A stretch of DNA of 64,000 nt from a virus. Location: positions 125,135-189,134 of IMG/VR virus record IMGVR_UViG_3300032220_000699. One strand, written 5' to 3'. Of this stretch, positions 1-9,998 are shown piece by piece; position 1 is the stretch's first letter, and the number at the start of each line of letters is the position of its first letter. Below the pieces are notes generated by a model, which was not told where the DNA came from, made no database searches, and saw only the letters and a program-made list of their open reading frames with translations. Position numbers and translations under genes: made by a program.

Positions 1-309
1 TCTATCTTCAAAAATAGGGAAAGCGTTAACTTGATGAACAGCTGTTGTGGTCAGTTCATCTTCATTATACTCTTCTATAATGTTTGCACTGATACGTCTT
101 AATGACGCAGTTGAAGGAAGATTCTTCTTCTCAACTCCTGTTTCATTTGTTTTGTTATCAGTGAGTGTATAGTCAATATCCTTATGCACAGCAATAACAG
201 CTGTATGTGGGATTTTTGTTGCTTCGACGATATCACCGATAATCTTAAAATAAGCTTCATTCAAGATAGTACGGTTTGTATCCTCTAGGGTTAAGGAAAC
301 TGTAGGCAT
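1..309 (-). CDS. Virion structural protein, phiKZ-like (5' part; runs off the window edge)
   Basis: Not in the ORF track. Manual translation from ATG 309 gives MPTVSLTLEDTNRTILNEAYFKIIGDIVEATKIP...VNAFPIFEDR, open to position 1. AAGGA SD upstream; follows the head-protein array. Confidence 0.6.
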   Translation of the reverse strand, partial: MPTVSLTLEDTNRTILNEAYFKIIGDIVEATKIPHTAVIAVHKDIDYTLTDNKTNETGVEKKNLPSTASLRRISANIIEEYNEDELTTTAVHQVNAFPIFEDR

Positions 310-337
310 TTGGAATTCCTTCTTATAGGTCAAAAAA

Positions 338-363
338 TGTCCGGAGGTTTCCCTCCGGACATC
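338..363 (-). terminator. Intrinsic terminator-like hairpin
   Basis: ATGTCCGGAGG-TTTC-CCTCCGGACAT, followed by a T tract on the minus strand. Confidence 0.7.
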
Positions 364-368
364 TTCTA

Positions 369-1967
369 TTAGAATTGCTTGGCACACTTATAGAGATACT
401 TAATCATCTCATATCGACATTCTTGATGAATACCCATCAGTCCAACTGAAACTTCTTTCAAGAGAACCTGGATAACATTAAGATAGTTAATAATAAATTT
501 ATGCAGATCTTCAAGTTTATCAATAACTTCTTTGCTATGTCTAGTCGGCTTATCGTTATTTCCACTATTACCAAAATCTAATTCAGGTTCATCTAAATTA
601 GGTCTTCTGGTAAATCCAGCGGCACCCAACATATCATTAGCCTGACTAGCTGAAATAGTGCTGGAAGATTCATCTTCATCTGTAGCCGTAACTGGGAAAG
701 GATCGTCTTCCGTTGGCATTACATTTTCAGTAGCAATTGTAAAAGGATCACGAATAGTAGTTGTCAGTCTGTCAATTTCTTTGTCAAACTTTTCAACAGT
801 TTTCTGAACTTGTTCAATTTTTACTGTTTTACTAAAGTCTTTATAGAAATCATAAAGACGCAAGAGATTTTCACGAGAACTAATTGTTTCAAGATTATTC
901 TCTGTGATATTATTTCTTTCTGAGTTAGATGTAATAAGCACCTTAGATGAATTGGATGTTTCACTAACAGCAAAATCACACTTAACGTGATAAATATTAA
1001 AATCTCTGGGAAGCATTTGATTCGGATTTTTATCCGGGATCGCGCTGAAGAAAGAAGAACCCTTGATTTCTGAAGAATCAAAAGCATTCATAATGTCATT
1101 CTGAACATCATCAGGCAGATTGTTAAAATGAACAGAATTTGTAAATAAAGTTTGGAAAGTGTCAGCAAGTCTATGTCTGATATTATCAACATCAGACGCT
1201 GTTAAAACAACACTCTTGTCTTTAAGCTTAGAAATAAGACTGTTCATCTCGGCAGTAAAACCAGGATGAAAGTTTTTATCAATTTCACCAGTAAAGACTT
1301 TAATAAATGTTGAAAGATTAGAAAGCTTCTGTTTACCTTTAGTAATCAGATAATCAGATCTCATCGTTTCAATATCAGGTGTGCCTAACAAGCTCGGGAG
1401 CTTAGAGTCAACCTTAATTTGTGTAACTGAATTTTTATCGCTACGCTTAACTTTATGCATTAAGTCTTCGATATACATTTCATACTCTTCCATCTGAAGA
1501 TTAGCATTAACTAATCTCTTAAAGAAAAGCATAACACGTTTAAAGAAGTCCTTAAAGAAGGATTTAATCTTTTCCCAAATAGACCGCATGAATTCCATAA
1601 AACCTTCCATGGCGATCTTATGTGAAGTTTCAACACCATAAGGATTCTTGAAATCTTCCATAGAAGGAATTTTAGCTCTTACACCAAGATTGTTAGCAAC
1701 ACTCTTCATGTATAATGAATAATTCTCCATAGACGTGAAGTATTCAACGCTAGAGAGCTTTTTAGATTCAATTGATGCCTTGACATCCCTAAGGATATAA
1801 AGCTCGTTAGAAGCTCTTGCAACACCTTCCACAGCTACCTGAATAGCATCTTCATGAAATTCAACGATATCAGGAATATCACTGTTTTCAATCTTTGCTT
1901 CAATAAGCTTTTCGGGAGCTGAAGGCTGCTCTATATCTAGTTCTTCACTTGCGAATAACTTTGCCAT
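369..1967 (-). CDS. Internal head (inner-body-type) protein, phiKZ gp93-family-like paralog
   Basis: 532 aa. MAKLFASEE start, acidic propeptide, then IAMEG followed by the amphipathic helix FMRSIWEKIKSFFKDFF shared with neighbouring paralogs. Confidence 0.7.
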   Translation of the reverse strand: MAKLFASEELDIEQPSAPEKLIEAKIENSDIPDIVEFHEDAIQVAVEGVARASNELYILRDVKASIESKKLSSVEYFTSMENYSLYMKSVANNLGVRAKIPSMEDFKNPYGVETSHKIAMEGFMEFMRSIWEKIKSFFKDFFKRVMLFFKRLVNANLQMEEYEMYIEDLMHKVKRSDKNSVTQIKVDSKLPSLLGTPDIETMRSDYLITKGKQKLSNLSTFIKVFTGEIDKNFHPGFTAEMNSLISKLKDKSVVLTASDVDNIRHRLADTFQTLFTNSVHFNNLPDDVQNDIMNAFDSSEIKGSSFFSAIPDKNPNQMLPRDFNIYHVKCDFAVSETSNSSKVLITSNSERNNITENNLETISSRENLLRLYDFYKDFSKTVKIEQVQKTVEKFDKEIDRLTTTIRDPFTIATENVMPTEDDPFPVTATDEDESSSTISASQANDMLGAAGFTRRPNLDEPELDFGNSGNNDKPTRHSKEVIDKLEDLHKFIINYLNVIQVLLKEVSVGLMGIHQECRYEMIKYLYKCAKQF

Positions 1968-1976
1968 ATTAACCTC

Positions 1977-3434
1977 TTAACCAAAATGTTTCAGAGACAA
2001 GACACTGTAGTCAACAACACCGTCAGCTGAATCAAGTGCCATTTCTAAAACGTTCTTGCAGATTTTGTTGTAATTGTTGAAGAAAGTCTTAGCCATGTTA
2101 AGGCGTTTCTTGACTTTATTATTCAACACTTTCTTATATTTACCTAAATTCTCTTCAGGAACTTTATTAATATCATTGATAATTTTATCAACCTTATTCA
2201 GGTTATCCATAATCTTATCATTAATCTTACCATAAACAGTAGAAAGCTTTTCAGCTTCAGTAATATTTTCTAAGACTGACTTGAGAAGTTTGAGCAATGT
2301 TGCTTTATCTTCAAGGATAATACCATTAGGTGTTTCTTTTTCTTCGTCAGTCTCAATTTCGATACCTGATTCAGGATTGACCTTAACTTCCTTAATGATC
2401 TTTCCTTTGACTAAGGTTTTGCCTTTGACTTTATTAAGAACATCAGCTAAAGATTTAATGAAACTTTCAAATTCACGACGGGCTTCTTCACCCTTCTTAT
2501 CTTCTGTTTCATCGTCAGATTCACCAGCAGTTATTTTACTGATAGTTTCTTTACTGTCAGCAATTTTATTTGCACTGTCTTTAGCTTCTTTTTCTAAAGA
2601 ACTATTTTCCTTATTAAGGGCACTATTTTCTTTCATGGTTTGTCTAATTGACTTACCATTAAAATCAGTATAAGAACCCTTCTTATCATTATTTTCAGAC
2701 ATCTTAGCATTGTTAGAATCAATGCTTTCACGAAGCTTAGAAATATTAGCTACAAAATCTTTATCAAGAACATCTTTATTAGCAAATGCTTCTGCCTTCT
2801 TATTAACTTCACCAAAAGAAGCTAACAAAGTTTCAACAGAAAGAACTGCTTCAGAAATAACATTGATATCAATTTCACCGCTAACAGGAAACTTACTAGC
2901 TAAACCACCAGGAACTTTGTCAAGGCGAGATTTAGCGATATCTTTGTTTGTTTCACCAATAACCTCGATAAGGTTAGCAATCTTATTCTTAACACGACCA
3001 AGGCGTGTAAAATACTTCTTGAAGAATTCTTTAATAGTGTTATAGATCTTAGAGAAAATTTCCTTGATCTTATTCCACATATCTCCGATAAAACCTTCAA
3101 GCGCGATGTGGTGGTTCAATGCAGTTGTCGGAAGAGTATTTATAGTTTCCTGAGAAATAACAGGAACATATTTCATATTTAGATTTGATGTGACAGACTT
3201 AATATATTCATTGTAAAGGATATAATTACCTTTATCAATGAAGTTATAGTTTTCGTTAGCGATCTGTTCGTCAATCACATTAAGACTATTAAAAGCCTTG
3301 ACATGGTTATTGAATTCAGCAACCTGCTGATCAATAGACGCAGATTCAATATCAGTTGTTTCGTCTTCTGTGGCATACTGAACCACATCACCCATTTTGG
3401 GTTTAGGTTCTTTAACCTGGTCAAAAAGTTTCAT
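1977..3434 (-). CDS. Internal head protein paralog
   Basis: 485 aa. IALEG-FIGDMWNKIKEIF motif; propeptide aligns with 369..1967 (NY..Y.KSV..NL). Confidence 0.7.
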   Translation of the reverse strand: MKLFDQVKEPKPKMGDVVQYATEDETTDIESASIDQQVAEFNNHVKAFNSLNVIDEQIANENYNFIDKGNYILYNEYIKSVTSNLNMKYVPVISQETINTLPTTALNHHIALEGFIGDMWNKIKEIFSKIYNTIKEFFKKYFTRLGRVKNKIANLIEVIGETNKDIAKSRLDKVPGGLASKFPVSGEIDINVISEAVLSVETLLASFGEVNKKAEAFANKDVLDKDFVANISKLRESIDSNNAKMSENNDKKGSYTDFNGKSIRQTMKENSALNKENSSLEKEAKDSANKIADSKETISKITAGESDDETEDKKGEEARREFESFIKSLADVLNKVKGKTLVKGKIIKEVKVNPESGIEIETDEEKETPNGIILEDKATLLKLLKSVLENITEAEKLSTVYGKINDKIMDNLNKVDKIINDINKVPEENLGKYKKVLNNKVKKRLNMAKTFFNNYNKICKNVLEMALDSADGVVDYSVLSLKHFG

Positions 3435-3485
3435 TTGGAAATCCTTACTGGAAAAGTCAAAAAATTGAATAAAAAAATAAAAAAG

Positions 3486-3511
3486 AACAGTAGGGAGAAA
3501 TCCCTACTGTT
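3486..3511 (-). terminator. Intrinsic terminator-like hairpin
   Basis: AACAGTAGGGA-GAAA-TCCCTACTGTT with a long T tract on the minus strand. Confidence 0.75.
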
Positions 3512-3518
3512 TCTCTTA

Positions 3519-4748
3519 TTAAGCGAATCTTACAGAACGATTGATATATTCAACACCGGCATCCATAGCACGGTATGTTATGTTTGTAAATTTAGTCGAA
3601 AACAATTTAACAAAAGCAATAATGGCACAAATCAATGCATAGTAAAATGCGTAGATAGAAATGATCCAACCTAAAGCTAATCCAAAACCAAAACCAATAG
3701 CAGCTGAAACCATGCCAGCAACCCAAGCGCCAATGTGAACCAATGTGCCCTTAATTGTAGACATGAGATAATCAGCTGTATGGAATAAGGTATCTGTCCT
3801 ATTTTCCATCAAGGTGACTAAGTTATTTAACTCTTTCAAAATCTTTGTTGCATCAGACTTATTGGCTGTTTTCATCAGCCCAGGTTCAGATGCATTTTTA
3901 CCATCAACAATTTTAACATTAATACTTCCCTTACTAAAACTATAAGTCTTCATATGTGCTTCATCTAGTTCGACTTCAATAGACTTACCTTCAGCTAAAT
4001 CAATATTCAAACCAGTTTTAGAAACATTCATAAGTTTCATAAGGTTATTAATAGCTGAATCAATTTCAGATTTAACCTTTGTTTGTTTATCTTCTGCCTT
4101 AGCTTTGGCAATAACATAAGTCATTGCCTTAATGTCAGATTCAGAAATTTTGACAATACTATCTCTTGCAGAGAAAAGAGCATCAGCCACTTTTGAATGA
4201 TTCTGAAGAATATGCAAAACATCTTCGGGTTTCAATGTGTTCTTATTATAAGGCACACGGAAAGAATTGCTGATAGAATTTGTTATCTGGGCTTCATTAC
4301 TACTTGACCCCATTGAACGAACAACTTCATCCAATTGAGAAATTCTTTTCTTAACAAAACGGAATCCACGAATATTTTTATTCCATGTATTTTCCAAGAA
4401 TCCAAATGTACCATTAACCAGAGTTTGAATTTTAAGAGTCATCTTACCAACAATATCGCTAATACCTTCCATAGCAACTTCTTTATTGTTAGACTTAAAT
4501 GCTTCTAATACATACTCAGTGTCTTTCTTAGGAACACCAAGACCACGATATACAGAACTAACAAGAAGCTGCATTGATTCTGCGCTGATGTCACTGCTTG
4601 TTTGAATTTGTTGTTGAATTTGGAAAAGTGTTTCCAATTGCTCTAATGCTGTTTCAAATGTGTCCAGATTGTTTTCAACTTTAAAGTCTGTAAACTCATT
4701 GTCCAGAATTAGTTCTTCAAACGAAATTTCGTTATGTTCAATTGACAT
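3519..4748 (-). CDS. Internal head protein paralog with C-terminal hydrophobic segment
   Basis: Start reassigned to ATG 4748 (GAGGA SD). VAMEG motif; Gly-rich hydrophobic stretch near the C-terminus. Confidence 0.6.
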   Translation of the reverse strand: MSIEHNEISFEELILDNEFTDFKVENNLDTFETALEQLETLFQIQQQIQTSSDISAESMQLLVSSVYRGLGVPKKDTEYVLEAFKSNNKEVAMEGISDIVGKMTLKIQTLVNGTFGFLENTWNKNIRGFRFVKKRISQLDEVVRSMGSSSNEAQITNSISNSFRVPYNKNTLKPEDVLHILQNHSKVADALFSARDSIVKISESDIKAMTYVIAKAKAEDKQTKVKSEIDSAINNLMKLMNVSKTGLNIDLAEGKSIEVELDEAHMKTYSFSKGSINVKIVDGKNASEPGLMKTANKSDATKILKELNNLVTLMENRTDTLFHTADYLMSTIKGTLVHIGAWVAGMVSAAIGFGFGLALGWIISIYAFYYALICAIIAFVKLFSTKFTNITYRAMDAGVEYINRSVRFA

Positions 4749-4810
4749 TTTAAATTCCTCAAAAATAATCAAAAAATTAAACAGTAGGGATTTCTCCCTA
4801 CTGCTGTATA

Positions 4811-5995
4811 TTAGCTATGAGTTAAACAAAAATGAGAATAAGATGCAATTGATCTTGCAAGCTTAACATTCGAAACAATCATTGTTCCAAGTAGTTTAGG
4901 AATACTGCTATTTATTCGATATATTAGTCTAAGTGTGGTTTTATAATTAACCATTAATTTAGTCTTATTCTGACTTATATCATCAAAGTCAATAACAAGT
5001 CCGTTATTTTGCATATGGCTGTCATAAGTCTTGGTTACATTATTAAATTCTGTTTGTAACTGATGTTGTGTTTCTTTATAATGCATTGTTTGTTTAATGA
5101 TGTCAAGAGCTTTCATAATCACGGTCTTAAGATGAGAAGCTGTGACAAGATAGATTCTACGATTATCATCGTAATCAATTTTATTTGTTTCTGCATTAAA
5201 CTGAATATCAGTACCATCATCCATGACATAATCAATGTCGATATATTCACCAGAGATCATTGGTGAACGTTCTGTACCAAGTTTAAATGTGTGAGTAGTG
5301 AACTCTTTACAGATATGCCCTAAAACATCCTGAACACCTGATTCAAAATCACTCTGATTAATATCTTTAACATGCTTGTTAAAGTACTTTGTATTTTTAA
5401 TAAGACTATCGATTGTATTAAAGTTATTATAATGCGCAGAGATAAAGTTAATCAATGTTCGATCATTAATATCTTCGCCATTATTAAAGTTTAAAAGAAT
5501 ATGTTCATCCATTTTATCTGAAACAACTTGGGATGAATTTTTGTATTTTGAGTTGACTTCTTCTAAAGCATGTTCTAAAGCAGCTTTAATTTTATTCAGA
5601 GAGGCAAAGTTATCATTCCAAAATTCGCCTATCTTATTCCAAAGTTCTTCTATGGATTTTTTAATCTTCGACCACAGATCATTAACAAATAGTCTCATAT
5701 CTTCCAATACTACTTGTTTAGAGTAAGATTCTGCAGAGATAGAGAAATACTTAGTTGAGTCGGCACCGAGGTTCTGACAGATAGATTCAATCGCTAACTG
5801 AATAGATTGTAGTGTGATATGTGAAATAGGTTCAGCGTTAGGGATATCTGAAACCACACTTTGGATATTATCTGCAAATACACTAGTAGCTAATGCGTCG
5901 GCTGTAGCATCGTGTCGTTCAATAACTTCGTTTTGAATATGATTTACTTCTAACTCTTCTTCAGCTAAAATAGCTAAAACATGTGTGTTGGACAT
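4811..5995 (-). CDS. Internal head protein paralog
   Basis: AIESICQNLG and ISAES / VVLED-...DLWSKIKKSIEELWNKI motifs match 8697..9923. The start may be the upstream GTG at 6019. Confidence 0.65.
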   Translation of the reverse strand: MSNTHVLAILAEEELEVNHIQNEVIERHDATADALATSVFADNIQSVVSDIPNAEPISHITLQSIQLAIESICQNLGADSTKYFSISAESYSKQVVLEDMRLFVNDLWSKIKKSIEELWNKIGEFWNDNFASLNKIKAALEHALEEVNSKYKNSSQVVSDKMDEHILLNFNNGEDINDRTLINFISAHYNNFNTIDSLIKNTKYFNKHVKDINQSDFESGVQDVLGHICKEFTTHTFKLGTERSPMISGEYIDIDYVMDDGTDIQFNAETNKIDYDDNRRIYLVTASHLKTVIMKALDIIKQTMHYKETQHQLQTEFNNVTKTYDSHMQNNGLVIDFDDISQNKTKLMVNYKTTLRLIYRINSSIPKLLGTMIVSNVKLARSIASYSHFCLTHS

Positions 5996-6061
5996 AACGT
6001 TATCTCGATAACTAATCACAAAATTAAAACAGTAGGAGGTTTCCCTCCTACTGTCTATTTA

Positions 6062-7090
6062 TTACACAGAAATTGGATAATCGATTTTCTGATGTGATTG
6101 ATAACCAACCAGAGTAAAGTCATCAATAGTAAAACTAAAGATGTCAGTCTTATTCGGGTTGATTTTCATTACCGGCAAATCATAAGGTTCATTGACAGAT
6201 TGCTCTTCAATAAACTTTGCGATGTGATTATTATAGATATGGCAGTCACCAAAAGTATGAATGAATTCACCAGGAATCATATTCACACACTGAGCAACCA
6301 TCATCGTAAACAATGCATAGGATGCAATATTAAACGGAACACCCAGAATGTAGTCAGCAGATCGTTGATACAGCTGACAGTCCAGTTTAAACTTAGGAAT
6401 ATTCAGACGAGTAAAGATCTCTTCGATCTCATCGTCCATAGAAGATTTGTTAGCTGGTTCGATATAATCAGGATAACGATCTACAAGAACAATACAACGT
6501 TCTTCAAAAGTCATTTCACGAACATAGAACTGGAAAAGACAGTGACAAGGGGCCAATGCCATTTTACCTTGCTTAACGTTTTCTTGTGGAGAAATAGATT
6601 CATCAGGAAGATCTTCCACATTCCATGCAGATACGATATGACGGCGAGAAAATGGTTTCTTTTTCAAACCAGTGATCAGATCAGAAATCTGATCATGTTT
6701 CTGCCGAACAGGAGTTCCGGTGAAATGCATCTGATCAGCGTCACGTGTAGTCGGCGTGACATCAGACATACCAATGACTTTGCCTTCCCAACAACGCCAC
6801 TGCTTACCATACACAGGACCAAGGTCACCATTCTCAGCCGCCCATTCATCCCAAATGTGGACATTCTTTTCAACAAGAATATTGTTATTGGTATCACCGT
6901 TCAGAAACCAAAGTAGTTCTTCAATGATACCACGAGTAAACATCTTCTTCGATGTAAGCAAAGGAAATCCCTTGCTAAGATCAAAACGCATTTGCGGACC
7001 AAAGATACTAATTGTACCAGTACCTGTACGATCACCGCGACGATTACCTGTTTGTAGAATACGATCAGCAAGTTCGAGATATTGTTTCAT
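6062..7090 (-). CDS. thyA: Thymidylate synthase
   Basis: [27 protein letters not shown] (catalytic Cys), [28 protein letters not shown]. Confidence 0.97.
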   Translation of the reverse strand: MKQYLELADRILQTGNRRGDRTGTGTISIFGPQMRFDLSKGFPLLTSKKMFTRGIIEELLWFLNGDTNNNILVEKNVHIWDEWAAENGDLGPVYGKQWRCWEGKVIGMSDVTPTTRDADQMHFTGTPVRQKHDQISDLITGLKKKPFSRRHIVSAWNVEDLPDESISPQENVKQGKMALAPCHCLFQFYVREMTFEERCIVLVDRYPDYIEPANKSSMDDEIEEIFTRLNIPKFKLDCQLYQRSADYILGVPFNIASYALFTMMVAQCVNMIPGEFIHTFGDCHIYNNHIAKFIEEQSVNEPYDLPVMKINPNKTDIFSFTIDDFTLVGYQSHQKIDYPISV

Positions 7091-7590
7091 TCCGGCATCC
7101 TTTTCAATTGAGAATAAGTTAAAGGGTGATATTTGATTCTATAGCTACCATCGCTCCAGTAGTCTTTTCTTACTTCACAAAGCACCAAGATAGTTGTATC
7201 AGGTGTCTTTAAACTACAATGGGTATGAATATAACTTGGTTCATTACCCGAAAGAATTTCTTGTTGTATTGTAGAGTTAGGTATAACCCATTCTCTTCCT
7301 AGCACTTGAGACTCATAGCAGTAATCAGCTAAAGCTGCAACAGTAGTTAGAACCGCCGAGACATCAAAATCTTTAGGACCTGTACACACAGTAGCTGAAT
7401 GAATAAGATTACCAGATCCATTATCCATTAATACAGATTTTACAAACAAATCAGCTATTGTTTTTTCACTGATTATTTCTGTAGATTGATTATCAGCAGA
7501 AGGTAATGGCGTTGAATTTTCGCCCATAGCTATCTTATCCTTTAAATCAATATTAGATTCACTGCATATTATATCTGTTCTAATATTCAT
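7087..7590 (-). CDS. Hypothetical protein
   Basis: 167-aa ORF overlapping the thyA start by 4 nt (ATGA-type coupling). Confidence 0.6.
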   Translation of the reverse strand: MNIRTDIICSESNIDLKDKIAMGENSTPLPSADNQSTEIISEKTIADLFVKSVLMDNGSGNLIHSATVCTGPKDFDVSAVLTTVAALADYCYESQVLGREWVIPNSTIQQEILSGNEPSYIHTHCSLKTPDTTILVLCEVRKDYWSDGSYRIKYHPLTYSQLKRMPE

Positions 7591-7667
7591 AAATCCCCCC
7601 TATAACTAAAGAATGTTTAATAAAATAAAAAAAAAAAGAAAGCCCTAAACATCAGGGCTTCTCTTTG

Positions 7668-7982
7668 TTACAGCTTGTAAGCAAAGGTATGAACCTTTTG
7701 CTGAGCTTCATTGTAACGAGTAACAGTTTCATACTTGTCACCGTCAGGAAAGACCATGGTCATAATAAGCACACCATGCATCTTAAGACGAGTGACAAGA
7801 GAGTTGAAGATCTTGACTTCACCCAGCTCATCTTCAAGCTTGATACCACAAACTTCACAAGCCCAACCGAGTTGACCAAATCCTGTAAGAAATTCATCGA
7901 CAGACACAGTTTCTACAGAACCTTGGTTCTTATCCAGTCCAGCTTTCAGATTGGTAAGAATCGAATCATTTTGTTCAAACAT
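7668..7982 (-). CDS. Hypothetical protein with one CxxC
   Basis: Start reassigned to ATG 7982 (AAGGAGAG SD); MFEQNDSIL...GWACEVCG. Confidence 0.65.
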   Translation of the reverse strand: MFEQNDSILTNLKAGLDKNQGSVETVSVDEFLTGFGQLGWACEVCGIKLEDELGEVKIFNSLVTRLKMHGVLIMTMVFPDGDKYETVTRYNEAQQKVHTFAYKL

Positions 7983-7992
7983 GTTTCTCTCC

Positions 7993-8247
7993 TTAAAACT
8001 TGATACCGTATTGCGCAGCAGCAGAGATAACTTCATCTTTACCACCACCATTGTTAAGAACTTTCTCGATAGTTTCCCAACCAGATGAGAGTTCGAGAAT
8101 AAAAGCTTGTTTGGAAGTAAAGCCAAGCTTTTCAAGGCGACCGCGTGGCGTAGCAGCAATCATCTCACTGTGCTTTTGCCAATCAACCTTTTGAAGAGGG
8201 GTAGCGATAGGACGCGGAACGCCATTAACGATTTGATATGCAGACAT
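7993..8247 (-). CDS. Small hypothetical (putative early) protein
   Basis: ATG 8247 with AGGAG SD, downstream of the promoter motif at 8291-8318. Confidence 0.65.
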   Translation of the reverse strand: MSAYQIVNGVPRPIATPLQKVDWQKHSEMIAATPRGRLEKLGFTSKQAFILELSSGWETIEKVLNNGGGKDEVISAAAQYGIKF

Positions 8248-8290
8248 GATTTTCTCCTTGCTCAATTAAGAGCTTAATATTTAACCACTT

Positions 8291-8318
8291 ATTATATATG
8301 TAACTGTAAAAATTTCAA
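8291..8318 (-). promoter_or_regulatory. Putative early promoter TTGAAA-N16-TATAAT
   Basis: One of six near-identical copies with ACATA abutting the -10 box. Confidence 0.7.
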
Positions 8319-8362
8319 AGACAAAAAAAGAACAGTCGTAGTGACCTGTTCTTTTTAAAATA

Positions 8363-8569
8363 TCAGCTATTATTATTTTCAATAATAACGATATCTTTTT
8401 TACCTGACAGTTTTTCAAGAAAAGCCGTCAGTGCTTCACCAACAACAGTTACAACCGACGACATAAATTCATGTTTATCGGTTTGTTGATTTTCAGCTTC
8501 ACGGGAAGAAGCTTCTTCTTTGGCTTTATTCAAAGACTTGATAAGGCCATCTGCAAAGGTAGTTTTCAT
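8363..8569 (-). CDS. Small hypothetical (putative early) protein
   Basis: 68 aa, AGGAGA SD, own promoter at 8611-8638. Confidence 0.65.
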   Translation of the reverse strand: MKTTFADGLIKSLNKAKEEASSREAENQQTDKHEFMSSVVTVVGEALTAFLEKLSGKKDIVIIENNNS

Positions 8570-8610
8570 TTGTTTCTCCTTCTGTTAAATAAACTACAGA
8601 TGATGCAATT

Positions 8611-8638
8611 ATTATATATGTAACTACTATAGCGTCAA
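8611..8638 (-). promoter_or_regulatory. Putative early promoter TTGACG-N16-TATAAT
   Basis: Same motif as 8291-8318. Confidence 0.7.
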
Positions 8639-8696
8639 AAACAAATAAAAATACTGCCAAGGATTTCTCCCTGGCAGTATTTTTTAACGAGTCAAA

Positions 8697-9923
8697 TTAC
8701 GACTTGTAGTTCTTGATGCAAACGGCGGTGTAGGCCAGGATACCCTTGACCAGAGCCATGTTAGCGCTCAGAACCTTGGTTTCCAGCATCGGACCCTTGG
8801 TCAGAACCATGTTGAAGGAACGAACGGCGGTCTTGGCAGACTTAGCGTCAGCGCCTTGCTTGGCCTGGATTTCCTTGTCGATAGCCTTGAAGGAGTTGGT
8901 GACAGCCTTAGCACGCTGCTCAACCTTGTCACGATACTTGATCATGGCCTTGGTGACAGTGATACAACCGGCGATCAGGTTCTTCAGGGTTTCCTTGTTG
9001 GCGATATCAAGCTGGGTGTCCTTACGGCCATCGCTGAACTTACCATGGTCTTCTTCAACTTCCAGGTTGATAACGGTAACGCCGTCATCTTGTTCTTCTT
9101 CAAGCTTGAACGTCCACTTGAAGTAAGCACCACCCGGCAGAGGAGCAGTTTCCGAACCCATCTCAACAACGATACCGCTCTTGGCAGCTTGAGCAGCCTT
9201 GATAACGTCGTTCAGGCTAGCAACTTGAGCGATGTCTTGCAGCATACGGAAACCACTGATAGCGGCTTCAGCCTTGGACACGGTGTCAACGAAGGTCTTC
9301 AGTTCGTCAACGCCCAGGTTAGCACCCTTGACCGGGAACACAGAACGCAGGTTACCAGGAACTTCGATCGGCTCGTAAGTACCAGAACCCTTGGTCTGCG
9401 AAACCTTGTCCTTCATGGATTCCAGAGCCTTCAGCATACGACCCAGTGAAGAGACGTGCTTGTTCCAGAAAGCCTTAACCTTTTCCCACAGTGAGGAAAG
9501 AGCAGACTTGATCTTTTCCCACAGGTTCTTCAGGAATTCACCCAGACCTTCCAGAGCGTACTTGGTGTTAGCCTTACGCGAGGAAGCAGAAGCGAAGTTT
9601 TCGGTAGCGTACAGGGAGTACACAGCCTTCGGGTTAGCACCGATACGAGCGCAGATGGCTTCGACAGCGATCTTGATGGCTTCAGCAGCAACCGGATCAA
9701 GGCCTTCGCCTTCAGCAGCTTGTTCAACAACTTCTTCAACTTGTTCCAGTTGGTCAGCAGCGCCCATACCTTCTTCAACGCCAGCAGCAACTTCAGTCAT
9801 TTCACCGGCATCGGCTTCGACTTCAACTTGAACGTCAGCAACTTCACCAACTTCCGGTGCAGCTTCCAGTTCAACTTCAGTACCTTCCAGTTCGGCTTCT
9901 TCCAGAGCAAAAAGTTTTGCCAT
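8697..9923 (-). CDS. Abundant internal head protein, phiKZ gp93-family-like
   Basis: MAKLFALEE, Glu/Ala-rich propeptide, YATEN and YALEG-LGEFLKNLWEKIKSAL motifs. Strong C-ending codon bias suggests high expression. Confidence 0.75.
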   Translation of the reverse strand: MAKLFALEEAELEGTEVELEAAPEVGEVADVQVEVEADAGEMTEVAAGVEEGMGAADQLEQVEEVVEQAAEGEGLDPVAAEAIKIAVEAICARIGANPKAVYSLYATENFASASSRKANTKYALEGLGEFLKNLWEKIKSALSSLWEKVKAFWNKHVSSLGRMLKALESMKDKVSQTKGSGTYEPIEVPGNLRSVFPVKGANLGVDELKTFVDTVSKAEAAISGFRMLQDIAQVASLNDVIKAAQAAKSGIVVEMGSETAPLPGGAYFKWTFKLEEEQDDGVTVINLEVEEDHGKFSDGRKDTQLDIANKETLKNLIAGCITVTKAMIKYRDKVEQRAKAVTNSFKAIDKEIQAKQGADAKSAKTAVRSFNMVLTKGPMLETKVLSANMALVKGILAYTAVCIKNYKS

Positions 9924-9998
9924 TTTCTTTACCTCAATTTAAAAAAAGTTAATCACACGTGTGGTTAGTATTTTAACCACATTATTTCTAGTATATTA

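Noticed and set aside
6098-6916. 272-aa + strand ORF antisense to thyA
   Set aside because: Shadow ORF on the opposite strand of a clear gene; no SD or recognisable motifs.
8746-9968. Several overlapping + strand ORFs (126, 197, 146 aa) inside the head-protein gene
   Set aside because: Expected from the strong codon bias of the sense gene, which removes antisense stops. The same applies to 30902..31450, 53656..53949 and 55325..55822.
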